64,000 nt of DNA from Thermoplasmata archaeon (GTDB lineage Archaea > Thermoplasmatota > Thermoplasmata > Lutacidiplasmatales > UBA184), in assembly GCA_049585415.1 (NCBI GenBank), contig JBAUZT010000005.1, forward strand, positions 3,480-67,479, read 5' to 3'. Both the position numbers and the translations under genes were made by a program. Below, piece after piece: positions 27,418 to 36,441 of the stretch. Below the pieces are notes generated by a model, which saw only the letters and a list, made by a program, of their open reading frames with translations, had not been told where the DNA came from and did no database searches. The stretch's first letter is position 1. Every line of letters starts with the position of its first letter.

Positions 27418-28560
27418 CTACCGGTCGAGCGCGTACGACCGGCCCTTCCAGGTGACGGGCCGGTCGCGCAGCCCCCGGCCGAGCGAGGTGGCCGTCAGGA
27501 CGATGTACCACGCGACGGCGACCGGATAGAGGAGACCGTAGACCGCCGGCGCACCGACGGCGCGGGAGAACGCGACGTGTTTGCCGAACAACGCGACGTA
27601 GAGGACCGCCCCGACGCCCGCAAGGAGCCCGCTCCCGACCGCGACCCCGAGGGGCAGAAGACCGAGGGGCAAGAGAAAGAATCCCACCATGATTGCGATG
27701 TTACCCGTCTGGCGTGCGGCGGAGAATTCGACGCCGTGCGAATTTTTGAGGAGCCCCTCGAACATCTCGTGCCGGTCACGATACATCCGGGTTCGACCGA
27801 GCGCCGGTGTCCACGCGAACCGGAGGCGAAGCCCCGCATCGCGGTACCGGCGGGCGATCGCGACGTCCTCCACCAATCGTTCCCGAACGGCGGCGTGGCC
27901 CCCGGTCGCCTCGTACGCCTTCCTCGGGGTGAGCCAGAACTGTCCGTTCGCCATCGGGGCCCGCGGACGGGCCCGCTTCATGTGCGGCGGCCGGTAGGAC
28001 ATCAGCACTCGCTGGATGAACATCGGGAGGATGAGCCGCTCCCAGAATCCGACCATCTCGACCTGGACCCCCACGCTCCCGAGGTCGAGCCGCTCCCGGT
28101 TCGCCCACGTCAGGACCGTCCGCACGGCCGCGGGGTGCGTCCGCACGTCCGCGTCGAGGAACAGCAACCAAGGCCCGTCGGTCGCGCGGGCGCCGGTCCA
28201 GCACGCCCAACTCTTCCCGACCCAGCCGGGAGGGAGCGGCGGCTCGTCCAGTCGACGAACTCGCGGCGCGCGCGCGTCGATCACCGCGCGCGTGCCGTCG
28301 GTCGAACCCCCCTCCACGACCACGATCTCGAGGTCGGGGTAATCCTGCGCGAGCAGGGCGTCCAGCGTGGGGCCGAGGTCGTCGGCCTCGTTCCGGGCGG
28401 CGATGACGACGCTCACCTTCCCGAACGACGTCGTCGCGGGGTCCGGGGCGTCGGGTCCGAACCGGGTCAGCTGGTACGCGAGAACGATCGCCACGCCCTG
28501 GTAGAGCAGGACCGCGACCGCTCCGAGCAGGAGGAGCAGCGTGATCCCGAGGGCCAGCAT
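27418..28560 (-). CDS. Family 2 glycosyltransferase, membrane-associated
   Basis: VSVVIAARNEADDLGPTLDALLAQDYPDLEIVVVEGGSTDGT and LFLDAD (DxD); N- and C-terminal TM helices. Confidence 0.85.
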   Translation of the reverse strand: MLALGITLLLLLGAVAVLLYQGVAIVLAYQLTRFGPDAPDPATTSFGKVSVVIAARNEADDLGPTLDALLAQDYPDLEIVVVEGGSTDGTRAVIDARAPRVRRLDEPPLPPGWVGKSWACWTGARATDGPWLLFLDADVRTHPAAVRTVLTWANRERLDLGSVGVQVEMVGFWERLILPMFIQRVLMSYRPPHMKRARPRAPMANGQFWLTPRKAYEATGGHAAVRERLVEDVAIARRYRDAGLRLRFAWTPALGRTRMYRDRHEMFEGLLKNSHGVEFSAARQTGNIAIMVGFFLLPLGLLPLGVAVGSGLLAGVGAVLYVALFGKHVAFSRAVGAPAVYGLLYPVAVAWYIVLTATSLGRGLRDRPVTWKGRSYALDR

Positions 28561-28621
28561 CGATTTCGCTAGACGGTCGTTTATAAAGCCCTCCCCGCTC
28601 CCGGCCCCGAGCGGGCCGGCG

Positions 28622-30214
28622 ATGGAGACCGTCGAGCATCCGAGGGTCCGGCCGGGGGTACTCGAGGACCGGGTCTACCAGGAACGCATCGCCGCGACCG
28701 CGGTCGCCCACAACACGCTCGTCGTGCTCCCCACCGGGCTCGGCAAGACGGCGATCGCCCTTCGCGTCATCGCGGAGTTCCTGCTCCGCGAACCGACGAA
28801 GTCGATCCTCTTCCTCGCCCCGACGCGACCGCTCGTGGTCCAGCACGCCAAGAGCGTCTCGACCTCCCTCTTCGCGCCGGAACCGCTCACGCTCACCGGG
28901 GCGATCGCCCCCGAGCGGAGGGGCGACCTCTTGCGACCTCCGCAGGTCGTCGTCGCGACGCCCCAGGTCATCGCGAACGACCTCGCCGAGGGAGCGTTTC
29001 CCCTCGAGACGTTCTCTCTCCTCGTGTTCGACGAAGCCCACCGGGCCGTCGGGGACTACCCTTACGTGGCGATCGGACAGGCGAACCGCGACGGCCCGAA
29101 CTCCCGCGTCCTCGCGATGACGGCGTCGCCCGGCGGCAGCCTCCCACGGATCCGCGAGGTGTGGAACCACCTCGGAATCGACCGGTTCGAATACCGCACG
29201 GACCGGTCGCCGGACGTCCTGCCGTACATCCACGGGATCGGGGTCGAGACGGTTCCGATCGCGATGCCCGCGGAGGTCCAAGACCTCGCGATCCGGCTCC
29301 GGGCCGCCGTCCAGCGGCCGCTGGATACCCTGCGCCAGCTCGACCTGGTCCCGCCCGGCGAGGTCGGCCGCCGAACCCTCCTGGACGTCGGCGCCGTTCT
29401 CCACCGCGCGATCGAGGGCGAGCGCACGAGTGGCAGCTCGACCCCGAACCTCTGGAAGGCGGTCACCGCCCAGGCGACGGCGATGAAGGCGCTGCACGCG
29501 CTCGAACTGATCGAGAGCCAGGGCGTCGACTCGTTACGGGAGTTCTTGAAACGCCAGACTCCGCTCGCCGGAAAACGGATGACCCCGGCGCAGCGGGCCT
29601 TCCTATCGGACCCGGATGTGGTGGAGGTGCAACGCCGGTTGGCGAGCCTCACGCTCGAGCACCCGAAGATCCAGAAGACCGTGGAGATCGTCGCGGGGGA
29701 GCTCCGGGGAAAGCCGTCGGCTCGGGTCATCGTCTTCGGGCAGTACCGCGACACGGTCGACCGCCTGGTCACCGCGCTCGAATCGCTCGGCGACCCCGGC
29801 GTCCGCCCGGCGCGCTTCGTGGGCCAGGCGACCCACGGGGACGACGTCGGGCTGAACCAGCGCGAGCAGGTCCGGATCCTGGACGCGTTCCGGTTGGGCA
29901 CCGTGAACTGCTTGGTCGCGACCTCGGTCGCCGAAGAGGGCCTCGACATTCCGGCGACGGACCTCGTCGTCTTCTACGAACCGATCCCCGACGTGATCCG
30001 CACGATCCAGCGCCGAGGAAGAACGGGTCGCGCTCGCACGGGCCGCGTCCTCGTGCTGGTCGCCGAGGGGACGCGCGATGAGGGCCTCAACCGGGCGTCG
30101 TCCGCCCGAGAGAAACGGATGCACCGCATGCTCGAGCAGGTGGAAGCGGACGCGCTGGCGGGGCGAGGCCTTGCCCCTCCTCGCCCGAAGACCGTGCAAC
30201 AGACCCTCGGGTGA
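28622..30214 (+). CDS. Hef/FANCM/ERCC4-family DEAH-box helicase, helicase domains only (no nuclease domain)
   Basis: Motif I VLPTGLGKT, motif II FDEAHRAV, motif VI QRRGRTGR. Start placed at METVEHPRV (28622). No ERCC4 nuclease or HhH region follows. Confidence 0.8.
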   Translation: METVEHPRVRPGVLEDRVYQERIAATAVAHNTLVVLPTGLGKTAIALRVIAEFLLREPTKSILFLAPTRPLVVQHAKSVSTSLFAPEPLTLTGAIAPERRGDLLRPPQVVVATPQVIANDLAEGAFPLETFSLLVFDEAHRAVGDYPYVAIGQANRDGPNSRVLAMTASPGGSLPRIREVWNHLGIDRFEYRTDRSPDVLPYIHGIGVETVPIAMPAEVQDLAIRLRAAVQRPLDTLRQLDLVPPGEVGRRTLLDVGAVLHRAIEGERTSGSSTPNLWKAVTAQATAMKALHALELIESQGVDSLREFLKRQTPLAGKRMTPAQRAFLSDPDVVEVQRRLASLTLEHPKIQKTVEIVAGELRGKPSARVIVFGQYRDTVDRLVTALESLGDPGVRPARFVGQATHGDDVGLNQREQVRILDAFRLGTVNCLVATSVAEEGLDIPATDLVVFYEPIPDVIRTIQRRGRTGRARTGRVLVLVAEGTRDEGLNRASSAREKRMHRMLEQVEADALAGRGLAPPRPKTVQQTLG

Positions 30215-30219
30215 AGGGC

Positions 30220-30627
30220 CTAACGACCCGTGCTCCCGAAACCGCCCGAGCGGCCGGGGACCGCGCGCACCTTGCCGGCACGGAGGCGCGTCGGAAGGTC
30301 CTCGACGAGACGGACCTGGCCGATCCGGTCCCCCGCATGGACCGCGTAGCTGCCGTCGAACAGGTACGTCATCGGCACGCGAACTTCCCCCGAGTAGTCC
30401 CGGTCGATCGTGCCGGGCGCGTTCACCATCAGCACGCCCCGAGAGCTGAGCCCGCTCCGCGGACGGACCTCGAGGAACGTCCCCGGAGGGCACCGGACCC
30501 GAAGGCCGGTGCGGACGAGCATGACGCGACCCCGGACGAGCTCGACCGCCTCCGCGGCCTCGAGGTCGAAGCACGCCGAGCCCGGGGTCGCGCGGGCCGG
30601 GATCCGGGTGCTCGAGGACCCGTCCAT
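30220..30627 (-). CDS. dut: dUTP diphosphatase (trimeric dUTPase)
   Basis: Motifs PGTIDRDYSGEV and RSGGFGSTG. Start chosen at the internal Met (MDGSSST…) because the longer ORF would overlap the upstream gene; start is uncertain. Confidence 0.75.
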   Translation of the reverse strand: MDGSSSTRIPARATPGSACFDLEAAEAVELVRGRVMLVRTGLRVRCPPGTFLEVRPRSGLSSRGVLMVNAPGTIDRDYSGEVRVPMTYLFDGSYAVHAGDRIGQVRLVEDLPTRLRAGKVRAVPGRSGGFGSTGR

Positions 30628-30688
30628 CGCTTCCACGACGACCGTGCGGGCCGCGCGCGCCACGGCGGCCGGGAGCCGGGCACTCACT

Positions 30689-31426
30689 TTAGTTTGCTTC
30701 CCGGGAGGACGTCGGGAGCGCGGCACCCTCGTCCGTCACGGCGCCTTCGGTCGACAGCCAGCGGGCGACCAGCCGGCCTTCGGCCCGGCGGAGGACCTTC
30801 CCCAGGCCGGGCGGGCTACGGCCGGTCTGCCGGGCGAGGCGGCTCAAGGTGATCCGACGGGGGACCGCGAAGTAGCCGAGCACCCACGCCCGCGCGAGGA
30901 GCTTCCCCTGGAGGGGGGTCAACACGGCCGGCGCGCCCTCCGCCGCGAACGGCCGGCCCGATGCTCGAAGGATCTTGTACGGGAACTCCTCGCGGTCGAG
31001 CCGTTTCAGCACGCGGCGGAGCGCGCGCTCCTCACCCCGGAACGACGCGACGACCTTCTCGGCGTTGAGGCGGAACGGCGCGGTCGGGGAGATCTCCCCG
31101 CCCGCGAGGGAGAGGAGACGACGGAGGCGCTCCGGATTCCGCTGCCGCACGAGGAGGATGTAGTCGCGCGTGCGCGGGCGTCGTTCGACCAGCTCGAAGC
31201 TCTCGAGCCCATACATCGACCGGATCCGGCGGGACTCGCGCTCGAGCTCGCTCGCGGTCCGCAGCGGTCCGCGCCGTCGCACCCGCAGCAGCTGCAGCCG
31301 CCAGCCCTGCTCGAGGCGCAACGTCTCGAGCAGCTCGATCTCCTCGTACCGGCCAAAGAGTCCCGGCGGGAGGATCCCGAGGAGCTCGAGGTCCTCGGAA
31401 CGAAACTCGAGCGTGATCGATTGCAT
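30689..31426 (-). CDS. HTH_10 (bacterio-opsin-activator-like) helix-turn-helix domain protein
   Basis: C-terminal LTPLQGKLLARAWVLGYFAVPRRITLSRLARQTGRSPPGLGKVLRRAEGRLV matches the archaeal HTH_10 pattern. Start at MQSITLEF (31426); the remainder of the 448-aa ORF-track entry is antisense to ubiD and rejected. Confidence 0.65.
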   Translation of the reverse strand: MQSITLEFRSEDLELLGILPPGLFGRYEEIELLETLRLEQGWRLQLLRVRRRGPLRTASELERESRRIRSMYGLESFELVERRPRTRDYILLVRQRNPERLRRLLSLAGGEISPTAPFRLNAEKVVASFRGEERALRRVLKRLDREEFPYKILRASGRPFAAEGAPAVLTPLQGKLLARAWVLGYFAVPRRITLSRLARQTGRSPPGLGKVLRRAEGRLVARWLSTEGAVTDEGAALPTSSREAN

Positions 31427-31484
31427 CGTCCGGCGGGCGAAGCGGGGGTTCCCATATGAACCCAAGCCTCGGGCGCTCGGTGGG

Positions 31485-31491
31485 TTAAATA
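31485..31491 (+). promoter_or_regulatory. TATA box (TTAAATA) 24 nt upstream of the ubiD GTG start, in a divergent intergenic region
   Basis: Only AT-rich motif in the 88-nt divergent region between the HTH_10 gene and ubiD. Confidence 0.45.
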
Positions 31492-31514
31492 CGGCGGGCG
31501 GCTCGCTCGCCGCC

Positions 31515-32996
31515 GTGACGTTCCAGAACCTCGGGGAGTTCCTCTCCCGGCTCGAGGAGAGCGGCGACCTCGCGCGGGTCACGCGACCGGTCTCCCGGGA
31601 CCTCGAGATCACCGAGATCACCCAGCGGACGCTCCGAGCGGACGGGCCGGCGCTCCTCTTCGAGAATGTCCAGGGCGCGACCATGCCCGTCGTGACGAAC
31701 CTGCTCGGCTCGCCCCGGCGCATCGCGCTCGCGCTCGACGCCCCGGACGTCGAGGCGGTCGCCCTGCGGATCGGGCGCCTCGTGCATCTCCGTCCGCCGG
31801 CCGGCATCCTCGGTGCGGTGCGCGACCTCTCGGGGACGATCGAGACGCTCTCGACGCTCCGGTCGCTCGCGCCGAAGCGCGTGCGCTCGGGTCCGTGCCA
31901 GGAGGTCGAGGAGACGACCGTCAACCTGGACCGGATCCCGGTGCTGAAATGCTGGCCGAAGGACGGGGGCCGCACGATCACGTTCCCGGTCGTCATCACG
32001 TCGGACCCCGAAACGAAGGAGCCGCACACCGGCATCTACCGGCTCCAACAGTACGGCCCCGACACGCTCGGGATGCACGTCCAGACCCACCGGGTCGGCG
32101 CGAACAACTATCGCAAGTGGGCCGCCCGCGGCGAAAAGATGCCCGTCGCGGCCGTGATCGGGATCGACCCGGCGACGATCTTCGCCGGGCTCGCGCCGGT
32201 CCCCGAGGGCGTTTCCAACTTTGTCTTCGCGAGCTTCCTTCGGTCCGAGCCGCTCGAGCTCGTGCCGGCGAAAACGGTCGACCTCGAGGTTCCCGCGCAG
32301 GCGGAGATCGTGCTCGAAGGGTACGTCGACCCGACGGAGCGGAAGGTCGAGGGCCCGTTCGGGGACCACACCGGTTACTACTCGGCTCCCGAGCCGTTCC
32401 CCGTGTTCCACGTGACGCGCATCACCCACCGCGCGTCGCCCGTCTACCTCACGACCGTCACGGGGAAGCACCCGACCGAGGATGCGGTCCTCGGAAAGGC
32501 GGTCGAGCGGGTCTTCCTGCCCGTGCTCCGGATGGTGCTGCCCGAGCTCGTCGACATGAACCTTCCCGTCCCGGGCCTGTTCATCAACGTCGGGATCGTT
32601 TCGATTCACAAGTCCTTCCCGGACCACCCGCGAAAGGTGATGCATGCCCTGTGGGGGCTCGGTCAGATGATGTTCGTCCGCTACCTCATCGTCGTGGATG
32701 AGGACGTGAACGTCCACGACCTCTCGGAGGTGTTGTACCGCGTCGGTCTCCAGGCGGACCCGGCCCACGACCTCGAGCTCGCGCAGGGCCCGGTCGACCA
32801 GCTCTCGATCTCGAACCCGGTCCCGAACCTGGGCGGGAAGGTCGGGATCGACGCCACGCGCAAACGAGCTGAGGACGGCTTCCCGCGCCCGTGGCCCGAG
32901 GAGATCCACTCCGACCCCGAGGCCCTCCGTGCCGCGGAACAGACGATGCGGGAGGATCCGGCGCTCGCGCGACTGTGGGGCCGGCCGCCCCGGTGA
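31515..32996 (+). CDS. ubiD: UbiD-family (prenylated-FMN-dependent) decarboxylase
   Basis: About 493 aa with UbiD-family conservation throughout. GTG start at 31515, 24 nt downstream of a TTAAATA TATA box; no in-frame ATG closer. Confidence 0.85.
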   Translation: MTFQNLGEFLSRLEESGDLARVTRPVSRDLEITEITQRTLRADGPALLFENVQGATMPVVTNLLGSPRRIALALDAPDVEAVALRIGRLVHLRPPAGILGAVRDLSGTIETLSTLRSLAPKRVRSGPCQEVEETTVNLDRIPVLKCWPKDGGRTITFPVVITSDPETKEPHTGIYRLQQYGPDTLGMHVQTHRVGANNYRKWAARGEKMPVAAVIGIDPATIFAGLAPVPEGVSNFVFASFLRSEPLELVPAKTVDLEVPAQAEIVLEGYVDPTERKVEGPFGDHTGYYSAPEPFPVFHVTRITHRASPVYLTTVTGKHPTEDAVLGKAVERVFLPVLRMVLPELVDMNLPVPGLFINVGIVSIHKSFPDHPRKVMHALWGLGQMMFVRYLIVVDEDVNVHDLSEVLYRVGLQADPAHDLELAQGPVDQLSISNPVPNLGGKVGIDATRKRAEDGFPRPWPEEIHSDPEALRAAEQTMREDPALARLWGRPPR

Positions 32997-33895
32997 ACGC
33001 CGCCCCTTCGGCGCCCCGGTCACCCGCCCGCGAGCTCGGCCGGTTCCTCGAGATCCAGAATCTCGGGCTCAATCTCCCGTTCGCGCTCGCCTTCCTCTTC
33101 CTGGCGGCCAACGGTTGGCCGTCGCTCCCGACGGTCGTCCTCGTCGTGATCGCGTTCGTCGCGGCGCGGAACGCGGGCCACAGCTTCAATCGCTGGGCGG
33201 ACCGGGAGATCGATGCGAGGAACCCGCGCACGCAAGGCCGTCTCCTCGCCGCGGGCCGAGCCTCCCCCGCGTTCGCCCTCGCGTTCTGTGCTACGAACGC
33301 GGCGATCCTGATCGTCGCGGCCTACTTCCTGAACCCCCTCGCGTTCATCCTCGCGCCGGTCGCCCTCGCGCTAATCTTCGGTTACAGCTACACGAAACGC
33401 GTCACCTCGTTCACGACCGCGTTCCTCGGGCTGGTCGAGGCGATCACGCCCGCAGCGGTCTACATCGCGGTCCGCGGGACCCTACCGTTCCCCGTGCTGC
33501 TCGCGGTCGGCGGGCTCCTCTGTTGGGGCACCGCGTTCGAGACGGTGCACAGCCTCGGCGACCTCGCGAGCGACCGGGAGCTCGGGCTCTACTCCCTGCC
33601 GGTCCGCATCGGCCCCGAGCGTTCGGCCCGACTCGTTCCCGTACTCCACGCGCTCGCGCTCGCGTTGCTCGCCCTCTTCGGCCTCGCGATCGGACTCACC
33701 CCCGCCTACTTCGTCGGACTCCTCGTCATGGCGCTCCTCGCGGCGGCGAGCGACCGGGCCCTCGTGCACCGGCCGACCGAGACCCGGATGCCGTTCTACC
33801 GGCACGCGTTGTTGGGGGCGATCTACCTCGTCGGGGTCGTGCTGGCCGTATTCTTGCCCCTCGGCCCGGTATGGATCGTGCACGGTATTCCCTAG
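32993..33895 (+). CDS. ubiA: UbiA-family aromatic prenyltransferase
   Basis: Eight or nine TM helices; Asp-rich motifs ARNAGHSFNRWADREID and …DLASDRELGLYSLP. GTG start overlaps the ubiD stop (GTGA). Confidence 0.85.
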   Translation: MNAAPSAPRSPARELGRFLEIQNLGLNLPFALAFLFLAANGWPSLPTVVLVVIAFVAARNAGHSFNRWADREIDARNPRTQGRLLAAGRASPAFALAFCATNAAILIVAAYFLNPLAFILAPVALALIFGYSYTKRVTSFTTAFLGLVEAITPAAVYIAVRGTLPFPVLLAVGGLLCWGTAFETVHSLGDLASDRELGLYSLPVRIGPERSARLVPVLHALALALLALFGLAIGLTPAYFVGLLVMALLAAASDRALVHRPTETRMPFYRHALLGAIYLVGVVLAVFLPLGPVWIVHGIP

Positions 33896-33951
33896 TTCTC
33901 GGGGGCGAACGAGCTAAAGAGACGGCTCCGGTCACCCGATTCGGGTCCCAT

Positions 33952-34305
33952 ATGCCCCAAGTAATGATCGGCCTCTCGGCCCGCGACCACCGCACGACGA
34001 ACGAGGTGTGGCGTCTCGCGAAGCGCCATCTCAACCCGGCGGTGCGTCGACGGATCGGCTGGCGGGGCCAGTCGAGCTTCCTGCGCCAATTGATCCTCTA
34101 CGGATTCGAGAAGGCGAGCGAGAACCCCGCGGAGTTCCTCCGCGAAGTGCGGGATACGCACGACCCCTTGTTCGGGCGGCGCGGCCGCTCCGAGGCCGGC
34201 GCGGAACGACGCGAGGCCCTGCTCGTGAAATGGGAAGCGTTCTTCCCGCCGTCGGCGTCGAGTCGATCACGGAAGAAGGTCGCCCAGTCCGGCGCGGCGG
34301 ACTGA
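33952..34305 (+). CDS. Hypothetical small basic protein (possibly ribbon-helix-helix-like)
   Basis: 117 aa, MPQVMIGLSARDHRTTNEVWRLAKRHL…; no confident family assignment. Confidence 0.4.
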   Translation: MPQVMIGLSARDHRTTNEVWRLAKRHLNPAVRRRIGWRGQSSFLRQLILYGFEKASENPAEFLREVRDTHDPLFGRRGRSEAGAERREALLVKWEAFFPPSASSRSRKKVAQSGAAD

Positions 34306-34324
34306 AGGATACGGTCGAACGTCC

Positions 34325-36190
34325 GTGGCTCGCACGGTCGACCATCTGGTCGGACTCGCTCTGGTCGGGAAGGCCCGAGTGGGGCCGCTCGCGTTCCCCA
34401 CTCCCGGATTGATCTCGAGTCCGGTTCCGGGGATCGAAACGACCGAGCTGGGCTTGCGCAGCGAGCCGTCGCCCGCCGGAACGCGCCACTTGACGCTCTT
34501 CGATACCCGGGCGAGCCTCGAGCTACACTTCCCGATCCTCGCCCCCGAGGTGATGGGGGCCCCCGGCGCGGCCGTTCCCGTCGGGGACGGCGCCGCCGTC
34601 GTGCACCCGCCGCTCTCGCCCGAGACCGCCGCGACCCCGCCCTCGATGCGGCCCGAGCTCCTCGTGCTCGGGAATGCCCGAGCGCTGTGGGCGGACGGCC
34701 GGGCGTTCATCACGTCGTTGCGCGACGTCCGCGAGGTCTACGGAGGCAACGCGGTGCTCTGGGCACCGCGCGTCGCGCTCCCCCATCGGGTGCCGCTTCT
34801 CGTCTACCTGGGCGTGGACCTCGTCGATACCACCGAGGGGTTGTTCGCCGCGACGCGAGGCGAGTATCTCGACCCGGTGTTCGGTCCGTTCGACCGAGCG
34901 GCGGCCATCGCCGAGACGCTGTGCGCCTGCCCCGCGTGCGCCTCCGGTGGGACCGGAGACCTTGCGGTCCATACCGTCCACGCGTATCGACGGGCGCTCA
35001 TCGAGACACGCGCCGCGGCGCGGGCGGACCGCCTTCGGGAACTCGTGGAGGCGCGCCTGCCCGCGGAGCCCGCCCTCGCGGAGATGCTCCGTTACGCGGA
35101 CCACGACCTCGGTTCGCTCCTCGACGAACGGACCCCGGTGACCCGGACCGGCTCGCACGACTACGTGATCCTCGAATCGCAACGGCGGCCCGAGATGGCG
35201 AGGTTCCGGCGGCGCCTCCTCGAGCGGTATCGCCCTCCCGCGTCGAAGACCGTGCTGTTGCTCGTCCCGTGCTCCCGGACCAAACCGTACCGCCACTCCC
35301 GCTCCCACCGTCGGTTCGCCTCCGCCTGGGAGGGGATGCGCGCGACGGAGCGACTGCACGTCGTATCGGTGAGCTCTCCGATCGGCCTGGTCCCGCGAGA
35401 GCTCGAGGACCTCCCGCCGGCGCGACACTACGACATTCCGGTAACGGGAGACTGGGTGGGCCCGGAGCGCGAGGCCGTCCTCGCCGGGCTTCGACACCTC
35501 CTCGCGAACGGTCAGTACCGGGCCGTGGTGGTCCATCTCGATCCGGAGGAGTACTCGTTCCTCCAACCTGCGCTACCGACCACGATCCCGGTCGCGTGGA
35601 CGCTCGCGGACGACCGAACGACCTCGCCCGAGGCGATCCGCGAGCTTCGGGGAGCGCTCGCTACGGCGCTGGACGGCGAGGCCGCGGTCCCCGGCGGACC
35701 CCTCGCGGTCGTTCGAGAAGAGCTCCGGGAGGTCGCGAGTGTACAATTCGGCCGGGCGGCGGCGGATCGCCTGTTCGTTCCTCCCGTGCGGCTGGCCGGA
35801 CGTCCGTGGTTCCAGCGACTGACGGATGGCCGGGCCGACCTCGCGACGTTGCGCGAAGAGCGAGGGCTCTTCCATCTCACGGTCGCGGGCGCCCGACGCC
35901 TCGTGCCCCATCCCCCGTTCGCGGTCGAGGTCGACCCCGCGCTCTCCCTCGAGGGGGACCTCTTCACGCCGGGGGTCCGGTCTGCGAACCGGGAGATCCG
36001 GGTGGGCGACAGCGTAGTGCTGCTCCGGAACGGCGCGCTCGCCGGGGTCGGGGAGGCCGCGTTGCCGGGGCGACTGATGACCGAGTTGAGCCACGGGCTC
36101 GCTGTGCGGGTCCGTCACCGCGAGCACGCGACGACCGACACCCCCATGACGGGGAAGGGACCTGACCCCGACCCGGGGCCGGTAGTCTAG
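34325..36190 (+). CDS. arcS: Archaeosine synthase ArcS (TGT-like N-terminal domain, PC-X3-KPY motif, C-terminal PUA domain)
   Basis: Diagnostic motif VPCSRTKPYRHSRSH (PC-X3-KPY-X2-S-X2-H as described for ArcS). TGT-like LLVYLGVDLVD; C-terminal PUA-like IRVGDSVVLL. The last 15 nt overlap tRNA-Val. Confidence 0.75.
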   Translation: MARTVDHLVGLALVGKARVGPLAFPTPGLISSPVPGIETTELGLRSEPSPAGTRHLTLFDTRASLELHFPILAPEVMGAPGAAVPVGDGAAVVHPPLSPETAATPPSMRPELLVLGNARALWADGRAFITSLRDVREVYGGNAVLWAPRVALPHRVPLLVYLGVDLVDTTEGLFAATRGEYLDPVFGPFDRAAAIAETLCACPACASGGTGDLAVHTVHAYRRALIETRAAARADRLRELVEARLPAEPALAEMLRYADHDLGSLLDERTPVTRTGSHDYVILESQRRPEMARFRRRLLERYRPPASKTVLLLVPCSRTKPYRHSRSHRRFASAWEGMRATERLHVVSVSSPIGLVPRELEDLPPARHYDIPVTGDWVGPEREAVLAGLRHLLANGQYRAVVVHLDPEEYSFLQPALPTTIPVAWTLADDRTTSPEAIRELRGALATALDGEAAVPGGPLAVVREELREVASVQFGRAAADRLFVPPVRLAGRPWFQRLTDGRADLATLREERGLFHLTVAGARRLVPHPPFAVEVDPALSLEGDLFTPGVRSANREIRVGDSVVLLRNGALAGVGEAALPGRLMTELSHGLAVRVRHREHATTDTPMTGKGPDPDPGPVV

Positions 36191-36248
36191 CGGTGATGAC
36201 GTCGCGCTTACAACGCGGAGATCGACGGTTCGAATCCGTCCCGGCCCA
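36176..36248 (+). tRNA. tRNA-Val (anticodon TAC)
   Basis: Manually folded. Acceptor GGGCCGG/CCGGCCC, D-arm GTC-TAGCGGTGAT-GAC, anticodon loop CTTACAA, T-arm GACGG-TTCGAAT-CCGTC, discriminator A. 73 nt. Confidence 0.85.
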
Positions 36249-36409
36249 CGGCCCGAACGTCGATGGCCAAGGGTTCGGTGCCCCTCGGCTCCGAGCCTCC
36301 GAACCTTAGTCACACGATCGTCGCGGTCGCATCGCTCTCACCAAAAATGACGGCGAGTTGAGGGGTCTTCAGAACGGATCGGGTCGCTATGTCTCCTTTC
36401 AGAATCCAG

Positions 36410-36417
36410 TATAAGTA
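36410..36417 (+). promoter_or_regulatory. TATA box (TATAAGTA) about 25 nt upstream of the surface-protein ATG; leaderless promoter
   Basis: AT-rich motif in an otherwise GC-rich intergenic region, at the spacing expected for an archaeal TATA box relative to a start codon that coincides with the transcription start. Confidence 0.5.
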
Positions 36418-36441
36418 TCGTCACAGCTATCGAGGAAACGG

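Noticed and set aside
30220-30726. Longer dut ORF, and the alternative call as dCTP deaminase
   Set aside because: The 33-codon N-terminal extension would overlap the upstream HTH_10 gene. The size (about 136 aa) and motifs (GTIDRDYSGEV, RSGGFGSTG) fit trimeric dUTPase better than the roughly 190-aa dCTP deaminase.
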